Of a DNA stretch of 64,000 bases, positions 46,701-62,175 are shown in pieces. A model generated the notes under the pieces. That model did not search any database. It was not told the DNA's origin and worked only from the letters and a program-made list of their open reading frames with translations. The DNA is from Escherichia coli (GTDB taxonomy: Bacteria; Pseudomonadota; Gammaproteobacteria; Enterobacterales; Enterobacteriaceae), in assembly GCF_016026235.1 (NCBI RefSeq), contig NZ_CP065613.1. One strand, given 5' to 3'. The first letter of the stretch is position 1; each line of letters begins with the position of its first letter. The translations under genes were made by a program, and so were the position numbers.

Positions 46701-47513
46701 TTAATTCAGCACATACTTCTCAATAGCAAACGCCACGCCATCTTCAAGGTTGGATTTTGTGACAAAGTTCGCCACTTCTTTCACCGAAGGAATAGCGTTA
46801 TCCATCGCCACACCGACGCCTGCATATTCAATCATTGCGATGTCGTTTTCCTGATCGCCAATCGCCATGATTTCTTCCGGTTTAATATCTAACACGTCGG
46901 CCAGTGATTTCACACCCGTACCTTTGTTAACGCGTTTATCGAGGATTTCGAGGAAGTACGGCGCACTTTTCAGCACGGTATATTTCTCTTTCACTTCCTG
47001 CGGAATACGCGCGATAGCCTGGTCGAGGATGGCGGGTTCATCAATCATCATCACTTTCAGGAACTGGGTATTGGGGTCCATTTTCTCCGCTTCGCAGAAC
47101 ACCAGCGGAATGGTGGCAACGAAAGATTCATGCACTGTGTAGTAGCTGATATCGCGGTTGGCGGTGTACAGCGTGGTGCGGTCCAGGGCGTGGAAATGAG
47201 AACCGACTTCGCGAGAGAGTTTTTCCAGGAAACGATAGTCGTCATAACTGAGAGCAGTTTGCGCCACGGTGCTACCATCAGCGGCCTTCTGTACCAGCGC
47301 GCCGTTATAAGTAATGCAGTAGTCGCCCGGCTGTTCCATATGCAGCTCTTTCAGGTAGTTGTGCACACCTGCATAAGGGCGGCCCGTCGTCAGCACGACA
47401 TTTACGCCACGGGCGCGAGCTGCGGCAATCGCATTTTTAACGGCGGGTGAAATGGTGTGATCGGGCAGCAGAAGTGTGCCATCCATATCGATAGCAATGA
47501 GTTTGATAGCCAT
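46701..47513 (-). CDS. yidA: sugar-phosphate phosphatase (HAD superfamily, Cof-type)
   Basis: 270 aa with N-terminal DMDGTLL motif. Confidence 0.9.
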   Translation of the reverse strand: MAIKLIAIDMDGTLLLPDHTISPAVKNAIAAARARGVNVVLTTGRPYAGVHNYLKELHMEQPGDYCITYNGALVQKAADGSTVAQTALSYDDYRFLEKLSREVGSHFHALDRTTLYTANRDISYYTVHESFVATIPLVFCEAEKMDPNTQFLKVMMIDEPAILDQAIARIPQEVKEKYTVLKSAPYFLEILDKRVNKGTGVKSLADVLDIKPEEIMAIGDQENDIAMIEYAGVGVAMDNAIPSVKEVANFVTKSNLEDGVAFAIEKYVLN

Positions 47514-47627
47514 GAGTTCCCCAGGTAGATTGGTTCCTGACCCATGCTAACGCGATTCCGCTCAAAAATCAGTACAACACCCTGGGGAAAAGGGGGATGC
47601 AACGCGCGTTGCGTGCTCCCCTTTTGC

Positions 47628-48026
47628 TTAGCGGAAGAGTTTCCCTTTCAGCAGATCCATGCCTGCGGAAAGCAGATCGTTATTGGCTTGTGGTGACACT
47701 TCACCTTGCGGTGAGAGCGCATCAATAATCTTCGGCAATTGTTCTGCCAGTAAACTGGAAGCTGTACTGGTATCCACGCCAAGTTTTTGCCCGAGATCGG
47801 ACACCGCGTTTGTGCCGAGTGCTGATTCCAGTTGCTCGCCGCTAACTGGTTGATTGCCCTGTTGATTACTCAGCCAGGTTGAGAGAATGGCCCCTAAGCC
47901 GCCACTTTGCAGTTTTTCCAGCAGCACCTGAATGCCGCCCTGCTCCTCAACCCAACTTAAAATCGCCTGATATTTCCCCGCATCGCCTTTCAGAAAGGCG
48001 CCGACAACTTCATCAAAAAGCCCCAT
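47628..48026 (-). CDS. yidB: DUF937-family protein
   Basis: 132 aa from MGLFDEVVGAFLKG... Confidence 0.8.
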   Translation of the reverse strand: MGLFDEVVGAFLKGDAGKYQAILSWVEEQGGIQVLLEKLQSGGLGAILSTWLSNQQGNQPVSGEQLESALGTNAVSDLGQKLGVDTSTASSLLAEQLPKIIDALSPQGEVSPQANNDLLSAGMDLLKGKLFR

Positions 48027-48103
48027 GATAATCACCTGTAAAGCGTTACGTGTTGACCCAAAAAGTATAGAACTGCGGGATGATAATTGCGGATTGCAGA
48101 AAT

Positions 48104-48134
48104 AAAAAGGGCGGAGATGATCTCCGCCCTTTTC
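48104..48134 (-). terminator. intrinsic terminator downstream of gyrB
   Basis: Perfect hairpin GGGCGGAGATGATCTCCGCCC flanked by A- and T-runs. Confidence 0.7.
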
Positions 48135-48146
48135 TTATAGCTTCTT

Positions 48147-48244
48147 GCCGGATGCGGCGTGAACGCCTTATCCGGCCTACAAAAACATGCAAATTCAATA
48201 TATTGCAGGAGTCTCGTAGGCCTGATAAGCGTAGCGCAACAGGC
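48147..48244. repeat. two REP elements in inverted orientation (BIME)
   Basis: GCCGGATGCGGCGTGAACGCCTTATCCGGCCTAC and GTAGGCCTGATAAGCGTAGCGCAACAGGC. Confidence 0.65.
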
Positions 48245-48265
48245 ACGCTCGCATGGTTAACGCCA

Positions 48266-51781
<3,516 letters not shown>

Positions 51782-51782
<1 letters not shown>

Positions 51783-52882
51783 TACAGTCTCATTGGCATG
51801 ACAACATAGGCAGCCGACTGTGATGCGGCATCTTCAATCTGCACGCTGGAAACCGAATCGGTCAGCATCATACGGACGTTTTCACATTTCAGCGCGTTCA
51901 GAACATCCAGCACGTAGCTGACGTTGAAGCCGATTTCCATCTCCGCACCGCTATAGGTAACGTCGAGGATCTCTTCCGCTTCTTCCTGTTCCGGGTTGTT
52001 GGCGGTGATTTTCAGCTGGTTTTCGCTGACATAAAGACGTACGCCGCGGAATTTCTCGTTAGAGAGAATCGCCGCGCGAGCAAACGCCTGCTTGAGCAGA
52101 TCGCAGCCAGCTTCCAGATGTTTGTCCGGGTTCTTCGGCAGAACGCGGCGATAATCCGGGAAGCGACCATCCACCAGTTTGGAGGTGAAGATAAAGTCGC
52201 CAACGTGGGCGCGAATGTTGTTGCTGCCAATCTGTACGCGCAGCGGATTGTCGCCGCCGTCGAGCATACGCATCAGTTCAATCACGCCTTTACGCGGTAC
52301 GATCACCGAATGGCTTGGCAAAGATTGACCAATTGGCATTGAACAGACCGCCAGACGGTGGCCGTCGGTTGCCACGGTGCGCAGTTCTTCACCTTCGGTT
52401 TCAAACAGCATACCATTTAAGTAATAGCGAACGTCCTGATGCGCCATAGAAAACTGGGTCGCTTCAATCAGACGCTTCATCGTTGCCTGCGGCAGGGTAA
52501 ATTCGACTTCACTCTGCCAGTCATCGAGGTTCGGGAAATCCGCCGCTGGCAGGGTAGACAGCGAAAAACGGCTACGCCCGGAGCGTACCAGCATCCGTTC
52601 ACCTTCCAGCTGCACGGCAATTTCCGCGCCTTCAGGCAGACCACGGCAGATATCAAAGAATTTGCGCGCCGGAACGGTCGTCGCTCCTGGCTCGTGTGGC
52701 TGAACCAGCGCAACACGTGCCACCATTTCCATCTCGAGATCAGTACCGGTCAGCGACAACGTACCGTCAGCAACCTGTAACAGCAGATTACCGAGAATCG
52801 GTAGCGTAGGACGACCACCTAACGGACCGCTCACCTGTTGTAGCGGTTTTAATAAATGCTCACGTTCTACGGTAAATTTCAT
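51782..52882 (-). CDS. dnaN: DNA polymerase III beta sliding clamp
   Basis: 366 aa from [21 protein letters not shown]... Confidence 0.95.
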
Positions 52883-52886
52883 AGGT

Positions 52887-54290
52887 TTACGATGACAATG
52901 TTCTGATTAAATTTGAAAAATCTTCTTTGATATCGTGGCTCTCTTCACGCAACTGCTCGATCTTACGGCAGGCATGAAGCACCGTCGTGTGGTCACGACC
53001 ACCAAACGCATCGCCAATCTCCGGCAGACTGTGGTTAGTCAGCTCTTTCGCCAGCGCCATCGCCATCTGGCGCGGACGCGCCACCGAGCGGGATCGACGC
53101 TTGGAAAGGAGATCCGCGACTTTGATCTTGTAGTACTCCGCCACCGTCTTCTGAATATTGTCGATGGTGACCAGTTTTTCCTGCAATGCCAGCAAGTCGC
53201 GCAGCGCCTCACGCACGAAGTCGATGGTGATCGCCCGTCCGGTAAAGTTGGCATTGGCAATGACGCGGTTCAGCGCCCCTTCCAGCTCACGTACGTTAGA
53301 TCGTAGACGCTTGGCGATAAAGAACGCCACTTCGCCCGGCAAACGAATGTCGTTTTCGTCGGCCTTTTTCATCAGGATCGCCACACGGGTTTCCAGCTCT
53401 GGCGGTTCGATCGCCACAGTCAGTCCCCAACCGAAGCGGGATTTCAAACGATCCTCAACGCCGTTGATCTCTTTCGGATAGCGATCCGAGGTGAGAATGA
53501 TCTGTTGATTACCTTCCAGCAGGGCGTTGAAGGTATGGAAAAACTCTTCCTGAGATCGTTCTTTATTAGCAAAAAACTGAATATCGTCGATCAGCAGTGC
53601 ATCTACGGAACGGTAGTAGCGTTTAAACTCTTCGATCGCGTTGTTTTGCAGGGCTTTAACCATGTCCTGAACAAAGCGCTCGGAGTGCATATAAACCACT
53701 TTGGCATTCGGCTTGCGCGCCATAATGCCGTTACCCACCGCATGCAGCAGGTGAGTTTTACCCAGACCCGTGCCGCCATAAAGGAACAACGGGTTATAGG
53801 CACCGCCAGGGTTATCCGCCACCTGGCGAGCCGCCGCGCGCGCCAGTTGGTTAGATTTACCTTCAACGAAGTTATCAAACGTGTGTTTGACGTTTACGTT
53901 AGAACGATAGGTCGGTTCTGCCGGGGCCGGGACGTTATCCCAACCTGAGCGCGTAGAAGGCGCAGCACGTTGCGGCTGCGTTTGCGCCACCTGTGCAGGG
54001 GCCGCGACGTTGCTCGTCACTGCCGCTTGTGGCGTTTGCGTCACCGGTTTGGTGCCGACTTCAAAACGCAGCTGTGGGGCATCCGCTCCGCAGAAACTGG
54101 TTAGCAGTCCATTGATATTATTAAGGTACTTGTCCCGTACCCAATCGAGGACAAAACGGTTTGGCGCGTACAGGGCCAGCGTGTTATCGCTCAGTTCCGC
54201 CTGCAATGGGCGTATCCACATACTGAATTCTGTGGCTGGTAACTCATCCTGCAATCGGGCAAGACACTGCTGCCAAAGCGAAAGTGACAC
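52887..54290 (-). CDS. dnaA: chromosomal replication initiator DnaA
   Basis: 467 aa from a GTG start ([13 protein letters not shown]...); AAA+ Walker [11 protein letters not shown]. Confidence 0.95.
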
Positions 54291-54413
54291 GGCGGACTCC
54301 ACTCGAACAAAAGTCGATAATGACTAAGGCTGAAACATTCATGATTGTTGACGTACGTCGAAAAGACCCTGCTTGAGGGTGACGCACGAACCGCTGTCTG
54401 CGGTTATATGCCC

Positions 54414-54638
54414 GATCAAGATCCTGCAAAACGATCGGGACCGCGGATCATAGCCTAAACTGCGCAAGAGATCTTCTGTTTCTCACAGATTTTCCCGATT
54501 TATCCACAGGACTTTCCAGAACTCGCTAAGTGTAAACGATCCTGCCGCGAGGCGGGCACGATTTACGCCGCATATTGGAAAATTTAATGACCATAGACAA
54601 AAATTGGCTTAATCGATCTAATAAAGATCCAGGACGAT
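54414..54638. promoter_or_regulatory. dnaA promoter region: DnaA box TTATCCACA (54500-54508) within a dense GATC cluster
   Basis: Exact 9-mer DnaA box; nine GATC tetramers within ~225 bp, counted directly. Confidence 0.65.
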
Positions 54639-54884
54639 CCTTGCGCTTTACCCATCAGCCCGTATAATCCTCCACCCGGCGCGCCATGCTGGTTTCCACT
54701 GGTGTGAGGTCGTACATTTTCCCTGCGAAAAGGTGCGGAAAAGCGCGGTAAATAAGGAAAGAGAATTGACTCCGGAGTGTACAATTATTACAATCCGGCC
54801 TCTTTAATCACCCATGGCTTCGGTGTCCATCGTTTCATTTTTCGGCGGATATCCAATAAAGCCATTGAATTTATTCAAGTTTAG

Positions 54885-55037
<153 letters not shown>

Positions 55038-55053
55038 TAAAGCTAACCCCTGA

Positions 55054-55413
55054 GTGGTTAAGCTCGCATTTCCCAGGGAGTTACGCTTGTTAACTCCCAG
55101 TCAATTCACATTCGTCTTCCAGCAGCCACAACGGGCTGGCACGCCGCAAATTACCATTCTCGGCCGCCTGAATTCGCTGGGGCATCCCCGTATCGGTCTT
55201 ACAGTCGCCAAGAAAAACGTTCGACGCGCCCATGAACGCAATCGGATTAAACGTCTGACGCGTGAAAGCTTCCGTCTGCGCCAACATGAACTCCCGGCTA
55301 TGGATTTCGTGGTGGTGGCGAAAAAAGGGGTTGCCGACCTCGATAACCGTGCTCTCTCGGAAGCGTTGGAAAAATTATGGCGCCGCCACTGTCGCCTGGC
55401 TCGCGGGTCCTGA
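55054..55413 (+). CDS. rnpA: RNase P protein component
   Basis: 119 aa from a GTG start; basic protein. Confidence 0.9.
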
Positions 55414-55634
55414 TAGCCCTCATTCGGGTCTATCAACGCCTGATTAGTCCGCTACTCGGGCCGCATTGTCGTTTCACTCCAACCTGTTCAAGCTACGGAA
55501 TTGAGGCATTGCGCAGGTTTGGAGTGATAAAAGGCAGTTGGTTGACGGTGAAACGCGTATTAAAATGCCACCCTTTACACCCTGGTGGTGACGATCCCGT
55601 CCCGCCCGGACCATTTGATACCAGAGAACACTAA
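55377..55634 (+). CDS. yidD: membrane protein insertion efficiency factor
   Basis: 85 aa; overlaps the rnpA 3' end in another frame. Confidence 0.8.
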
Positions 55635-55636
55635 CG

Positions 55637-57283
55637 ATGGATTCGCAACGCAATCTTTTAGTCATCGCTTTGCTGTTCGTGTCTTTCATGATCTGGCAAG
55701 CCTGGGAGCAGGATAAAAACCCGCAACCTCAGGCCCAACAGACCACGCAGACAACGACCACCGCAGCGGGTAGCGCCGCCGACCAGGGCGTACCGGCCAG
55801 TGGCCAGGGGAAACTGATCTCGGTTAAGACCGACGTGCTTGATCTGACCATCAACACCCGTGGTGGTGATGTTGAGCAAGCTCTGCTGCCTGCTTACCCG
55901 AAAGAGCTGAACTCTACCCAGCCGTTCCAGCTGCTGGAAACTTCACCGCAGTTTATTTATCAGGCACAGAGCGGTCTGACCGGTCGTGATGGCCCGGATA
56001 ACCCGGCTAACGGCCCGCGTCCGCTGTATAACGTTGAAAAAGACGCTTATGTGCTGGCTGAAGGTCAAAACGAACTGCAGGTGCCGATGACGTATACCGA
56101 CGCGGCAGGCAACACGTTTACCAAAACGTTTGTCCTGAAACGTGGTGATTACGCTGTCAACGTCAACTACAACGTGCAGAACGCTGGCGAGAAACCGCTG
56201 GAAATCTCCACCTTTGGTCAGTTGAAGCAATCCATCACTCTGCCACCGCATCTCGATACCGGAAGCAGCAACTTCGCACTGCACACCTTCCGCGGCGCGG
56301 CGTACTCCACGCCTGACGAGAAGTACGAGAAATACAAGTTCGATACCATTGCCGATAACGAAAACCTGAACATCTCTTCGAAAGGTGGTTGGGTGGCAAT
56401 GCTGCAACAGTATTTCGCGACGGCGTGGATCCCGCATAACGACGGTACCAACAACTTCTATACCGCTAATCTGGGTAACGGCATCGCCGCTATCGGCTAT
56501 AAATCTCAGCCGGTACTGGTTCAGCCTGGTCAGACTGGCGCGATGAACAGCACCCTGTGGGTTGGCCCGGAAATCCAGGACAAAATGGCAGCTGTTGCTC
56601 CGCACCTGGATCTGACCGTTGATTACGGTTGGTTGTGGTTCATCTCTCAGCCGCTGTTCAAACTGCTGAAATGGATCCATAGCTTTGTGGGTAACTGGGG
56701 CTTCTCCATTATCATCATCACCTTTATCGTTCGTGGCATCATGTACCCGCTGACCAAAGCGCAGTACACCTCCATGGCGAAGATGCGTATGCTGCAGCCG
56801 AAGATTCAGGCAATGCGTGAGCGTCTGGGCGATGACAAACAGCGTATCAGCCAGGAAATGATGGCGCTGTACAAAGCTGAGAAGGTTAACCCGCTGGGCG
56901 GCTGCTTCCCGCTGCTGATCCAGATGCCAATCTTCCTGGCGTTGTACTACATGCTGATGGGTTCCGTTGAACTGCGTCAGGCACCGTTTGCACTGTGGAT
57001 CCACGACCTGTCGGCACAGGACCCGTACTACATCCTGCCGATCCTGATGGGCGTAACGATGTTCTTCATTCAGAAGATGTCGCCGACCACAGTGACCGAC
57101 CCGATGCAGCAGAAGATCATGACCTTTATGCCGGTCATCTTCACCGTGTTCTTCCTGTGGTTCCCGTCAGGTCTGGTGCTGTACTATATCGTCAGCAACC
57201 TGGTAACCATTATTCAGCAGCAGCTGATTTACCGTGGTCTGGAAAAACGTGGCCTGCATAGCCGCGAGAAGAAAAAATCCTGA
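55637..57283 (+). CDS. yidC: membrane protein insertase YidC
   Basis: 548 aa. Confidence 0.95.
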
Positions 57284-57307
57284 TTCGGTGAGTTTTCGCT
57301 AAAATAA

Positions 57308-57337
57308 GGGCGGTCAGTTGACCGCCTTTTTTCTTTT
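57308..57337 (+). terminator. intrinsic terminator after yidC
   Basis: Hairpin GGGCGGTCAGTTGACCGCC followed by TTTTTTCTTTT. Confidence 0.7.
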
Positions 57338-57388
57338 CGTAGGGCGGATAAGCACCGCGCATCCGCCACACAAAGCAACAGGAACATC

Positions 57389-58753
57389 ATGAGCGATAAT
57401 GACACTATCGTAGCCCAGGCCACGCCTCCGGGACGTGGCGGCGTTGGCATCCTGCGCATCTCCGGCTTCAAAGCCCGTGAAGTTGCCGAAACCGTGCTGG
57501 GTAAACTGCCTAAGCCGCGCTACGCCGATTATCTTCCGTTTAAAGACGCCGACGGCAGCGTGCTCGATCAGGGGATTGCGCTATGGTTCCCTGGCCCGAA
57601 CTCGTTCACCGGCGAAGATGTGCTGGAACTGCAAGGTCATGGCGGTCCGGTGATCCTCGACCTGCTGTTAAAACGCATTCTGACCATTCCCGGCCTGCGG
57701 ATTGCTCGCCCTGGTGAGTTTTCCGAACGCGCGTTTCTTAACGATAAACTTGACTTAGCCCAGGCCGAGGCGATTGCCGATCTTATCGACGCCAGTTCGG
57801 AACAGGCGGCCCGTTCGGCACTTAACTCGCTGCAAGGCGCATTCTCCGCACGGGTTAATCATCTGGTAGAAGCCCTCACCCACTTGCGCATTTACGTCGA
57901 AGCGGCAATTGATTTCCCTGATGAAGAGATCGATTTCCTCTCCGACGGCAAAATTGAAGCCCAGCTTAATGACGTGATTGCCGATCTCGATGCAGTGCGT
58001 GCTGAAGCACGTCAGGGTAGTTTGTTGCGCGAAGGGATGAAAGTGGTGATTGCCGGACGTCCTAACGCCGGTAAATCGAGCCTGTTAAACGCGCTGGCGG
58101 GGCGTGAAGCGGCAATCGTAACCGATATCGCCGGAACTACGCGTGACGTGCTGCGTGAGCATATCCACATTGACGGAATGCCGCTGCATATCATCGATAC
58201 CGCCGGGCTACGTGAAGCCAGTGACGAAGTAGAACGTATTGGTATCGAGCGCGCGTGGCAGGAAATTGAACAGGCCGACCGCGTGCTGTTTATGGTCGAT
58301 GGCACCACAACAGACGCCGTGGATCCGGCAGAGATCTGGCCGGAATTTATTGCCCGTCTGCCAGCGAAACTGCCGATCACCGTGGTGCGCAATAAAGCCG
58401 ATATCACCGGCGAAACGCTGGGAATGAGTGAAGTGAACGGTCACGCGTTAATTCGTCTCTCGGCAAGGACTGGTGAAGGCGTGGACGTGCTGCGTAACCA
58501 TCTCAAACAGAGCATGGGCTTTGACACCAACATGGAAGGCGGCTTCCTGGCGCGTCGTCGCCACCTACAGGCGCTGGAACAGGCAGCGGAACATCTACAA
58601 CAGGGCAAAGCGCAACTGTTGGGAGCCTGGGCAGGTGAACTGCTGGCGGAAGAGTTGCGTCTGGCACAGCAGAACTTAAGCGAAATCACCGGGGAATTTA
58701 CTTCAGACGACCTGCTGGGGCGGATTTTCTCCAGCTTCTGTATTGGTAAGTAA
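57389..58753 (+). CDS. mnmE: tRNA modification GTPase MnmE (TrmE)
   Basis: 454 aa with G-domain motif GRPNAGKSS and C-terminal CIGK. Confidence 0.95.
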
Positions 58754-58905
58754 CCGCGCTTACGAAGCCGTATTCTGACTGTCAGATGCGGCTTCGCTTC
58801 ATTGTTAGCACTCCTGTTATTCCTCAACCCTTTTTTTAAACATTAAAATTCTTACGTAATTTATAATCTTAAAAAAAAGCATTTAATATTGCTCCCCGAA
58901 CGATT

Positions 58906-58921
58906 GTGATTCGATTCACAT
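58906..58921 (+). promoter_or_regulatory. CRP binding site of the tna promoter
   Basis: Perfect TGTGA-N6-TCACA (TGTGATTCGATTCACA). Confidence 0.7.
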
Positions 58922-58995
58922 TTAAACAATTTTAGAATAGACAAAATTCTTGAGTATTATACTGTAGCCTCGTGTCTTTCGAGGATAAGTGCATT

Positions 58996-59070
58996 ATGAA
59001 TATCTTACATATATGTGTGACCTCAAAATGGTTCAATATCGACAATAAGATTGTCGATCACCGCCCTTAA
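58996..59070 (+). CDS. tnaC: tna operon leader peptide (24 aa)
   Basis: MNILHICVTSKWFNIDNKIVDHRP read from the sequence, with the regulatory Trp12 and Pro24-stop. Confidence 0.85.
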   Translation: MNILHICVTSKWFNIDNKIVDHRP

Positions 59071-59290
59071 TTTACCCTTCTGTAGCCATCACCAGAGCCA
59101 AACCGATTAGATTCAATGTGAACGATTAGTTTGCTATATCTTAATTTTGCCTTTTGCAAAGGCCATCTCTCGTTTATTTACTTATTTTAGTAAATGATGG
59201 TGCTTGTATATATACATGGCGAATTAATGGATATTGCAGATGTAATATTCACAGGGATCACTGTAATTAAAATAAATGAAGGATTATGTA

Positions 59291-60706
59291 ATGGAAAACT
59301 TTAAACATCTCCCTGAACCGTTCCGCATTCGTGTTATTGAGCCAGTAAAACGTACTACTCGCGCTTATCGTGAAGAAGCAATTATTAAATCCGGTATGAA
59401 CCCGTTCCTGCTGGATAGCGAAGATGTGTTTATCGATTTACTGACCGACAGCGGCACCGGGGCGGTAACCCAAAGTATGCAGGCAGCGATGATGCGCGGC
59501 GACGAAGCCTACAGCGGCAGCCGCAGCTACTATGCGTTAGCCGAGTCAGTGAAAAATATCTTTGGTTATCAATATACTATTCCGACTCACCAGGGCCGTG
59601 GCGCAGAGCAAATCTATATTCCGGTACTGATTAAAAAACGCGAGCAGGAAAAAGGCCTGGATCGCAGCAAAATGGTGGCATTCTCTAACTATTTCTTTGA
59701 TACCACGCAGGGCCATAGCCAGATTAACGGCTGTACCGTGCGTAACGTCTATATCAAAGAAGCCTTCGATACGGGCGTGCGTTACGACTTTAAAGGCAAC
59801 TTTGACCTCGAAGGATTAGAACGCGGTATTGAAGAAGTTGGCCCGAATAACGTGCCGTATATCGTTGCAACCATCACCAGTAACTCTGCAGGTGGTCAGC
59901 CGGTTTCACTGGCAAACTTAAAAGCGATGTACAGCATCGCGAAGAAATACGATATTCCGGTGGTAATGGACTCCGCACGCTTTGCTGAAAACGCCTATTT
60001 CATCAAGCAGCGTGAAGCAGAATACAAAGACTGGACCATCGAGCAGATCACCCGCGAAACCTACAAATATGCCGATATGCTGGCGATGTCCGCCAAGAAA
60101 GATGCGATGGTGCCGATGGGCGGCTTGCTGTGCATGAAAGACGACAGCTTCTTTGATGTGTACACCGAGTGCAGAACCCTTTGCGTGGTGCAGGAAGGCT
60201 TCCCGACATATGGCGGCCTGGAAGGCGGCGCGATGGAGCGTCTGGCGGTAGGTCTGTATGACGGCATGAATCTCGACTGGCTGGCTTATCGTATCGCGCA
60301 GGTACAGTATCTGGTCGATGGTCTGGAAGAGATTGGCGTTGTCTGCCAGCAGGCGGGCGGTCACGCGGCATTCGTTGATGCCGGTAAACTGCTGCCGCAT
60401 ATCCCGGCAGACCAGTTCCCGGCACAGGCGCTGGCGTGCGAGCTGTATAAAGTCGCCGGTATCCGTGCGGTAGAAATTGGCTCTTTCCTGTTAGGCCGCG
60501 ATCCGAAAACCGGTAAACAACTGCCATGCCCGGCTGAACTGCTGCGTTTAACCATTCCGCGCGCAACATATACTCAAACACATATGGACTTCATTATTGA
60601 AGCCTTTAAACATGTGAAAGAGAACGCGGCGAATATTAAAGGATTAACCTTTACCTACGAACCAAAAGTATTGCGTCACTTCACCGCAAAACTGAAAGAA
60701 GTTTAA
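59291..60706 (+). CDS. tnaA: tryptophanase
   Basis: 471 aa from [18 protein letters not shown]... Confidence 0.95.
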
Positions 60707-60796
60707 TTAATACTACAGAGTGGCTATAAGGATGTTAGCCACTCTCTTACCCTACATCCTCAATAACAAAAATAGCCTTCCTCTAAAGGTGGCATC

Positions 60797-62044
60797 ATGA
60801 CTGATCAAGCTGAAAAAAAGCACTCTGCATTTTGGGGTGTTATGGTTATAGCAGGTACAGTAATTGGTGGAGGTATGTTTGCTTTACCTGTTGATCTTGC
60901 CGGTGCCTGGTTTTTCTGGGGTGCCTTTATCCTTATCATTGCCTGGTTTTCAATGCTTCATTCCGGGTTATTGTTATTAGAAGCAAATTTAAATTATCCT
61001 GTCGGCTCCAGTTTTAACACCATCACCAAAGATTTAATCGGTAACACCTGGAACATTATCAGCGGTATTACCGTTGCCTTCGTTCTCTATATCCTCACTT
61101 ATGCCTATATCTCTGCTAATGGTGCGATCATTAGTGAAACGATATCAATGAATTTGGGCTATCACGCTAATCCACGTATTGTCGGGATCTGCACAGCCAT
61201 TTTCGTTGCCAGCGTATTGTGGATAAGTTCGTTAGCCGCCAGTCGCATTACCTCATTGTTCCTCGGGCTGAAGATTATCTCCTTTGTGATCGTGTTTGGT
61301 TCTTTCTTCTTCCAGGTCGATTACTCCATCCTGCGCGATGCCACCAGCACCACTGCGGGAACGTCTTACTTCCCGTATATCTTTATGGCTTTGCCGGTGT
61401 GTCTGGCGTCATTTGGTTTCCACGGCAATATTCCCAGCCTGATTATTTGCTATGGAAAACGCAAAGATAAGTTAATCAAAAGCGTGGTATTTGGTTCGCT
61501 GCTGGCGCTGGTGATTTATCTCTTCTGGCTCTATTGCACGATGGGGAATATTCCGCGCGAAAGCTTTAAGGCGATAATCTCCTCAGGCGGCAACGTTGAT
61601 TCGCTGGTGAAATCGTTCCTCGGCACCAAACAGCACGGCATTATCGAGTTTTGCCTGCTGGTGTTCTCTAACTTAGCTGTTGCCAGTTCGTTCTTTGGTG
61701 TCACGCTGGGGTTGTTCGATTATCTGGCGGATCTGTTTAAGATTGATAACTCCCACGGCGGGCGTTTCAAAACCGTGCTGTTAACCTTCCTGCCACCCGC
61801 GTTGTTGTATCTGATCTTCCCGAACGGCTTTATTTACGGGATCGGCGGTGCCGGACTGTGCGCCACTATCTGGGCGGTCATTATCCCCGCGGTGCTGGCA
61901 ATCAAAGCTCGCAAAAAGTTTCCCAATCAGATGTTCACGGTCTGGGGCGGCAATCTTATTCCGGCGATTGTCATTCTCTTTGGTATAACCGTAATTTTGT
62001 GCTGGTTCGGCAACGTCTTTAACGTGTTACCTAAATTTGGCTAA
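60797..62044 (+). CDS. tnaB: low-affinity tryptophan permease
   Basis: 415 aa aromatic amino acid permease. Confidence 0.9.
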   Translation: MTDQAEKKHSAFWGVMVIAGTVIGGGMFALPVDLAGAWFFWGAFILIIAWFSMLHSGLLLLEANLNYPVGSSFNTITKDLIGNTWNIISGITVAFVLYILTYAYISANGAIISETISMNLGYHANPRIVGICTAIFVASVLWISSLAASRITSLFLGLKIISFVIVFGSFFFQVDYSILRDATSTTAGTSYFPYIFMALPVCLASFGFHGNIPSLIICYGKRKDKLIKSVVFGSLLALVIYLFWLYCTMGNIPRESFKAIISSGGNVDSLVKSFLGTKQHGIIEFCLLVFSNLAVASSFFGVTLGLFDYLADLFKIDNSHGGRFKTVLLTFLPPALLYLIFPNGFIYGIGGAGLCATIWAVIIPAVLAIKARKKFPNQMFTVWGGNLIPAIVILFGITVILCWFGNVFNVLPKFG

Positions 62045-62175
62045 ATCCTTCAAGAAGCCAGTCATTCGCTGGCTTCTTGCCTCTCAGGAAATCACTTATG
62101 TCCAAATGGCAACTCGCCTGATCCTCCTTCACCACGTATGCTTTGCGTCACCTTACTATCAGGACGCTTTAGCCC

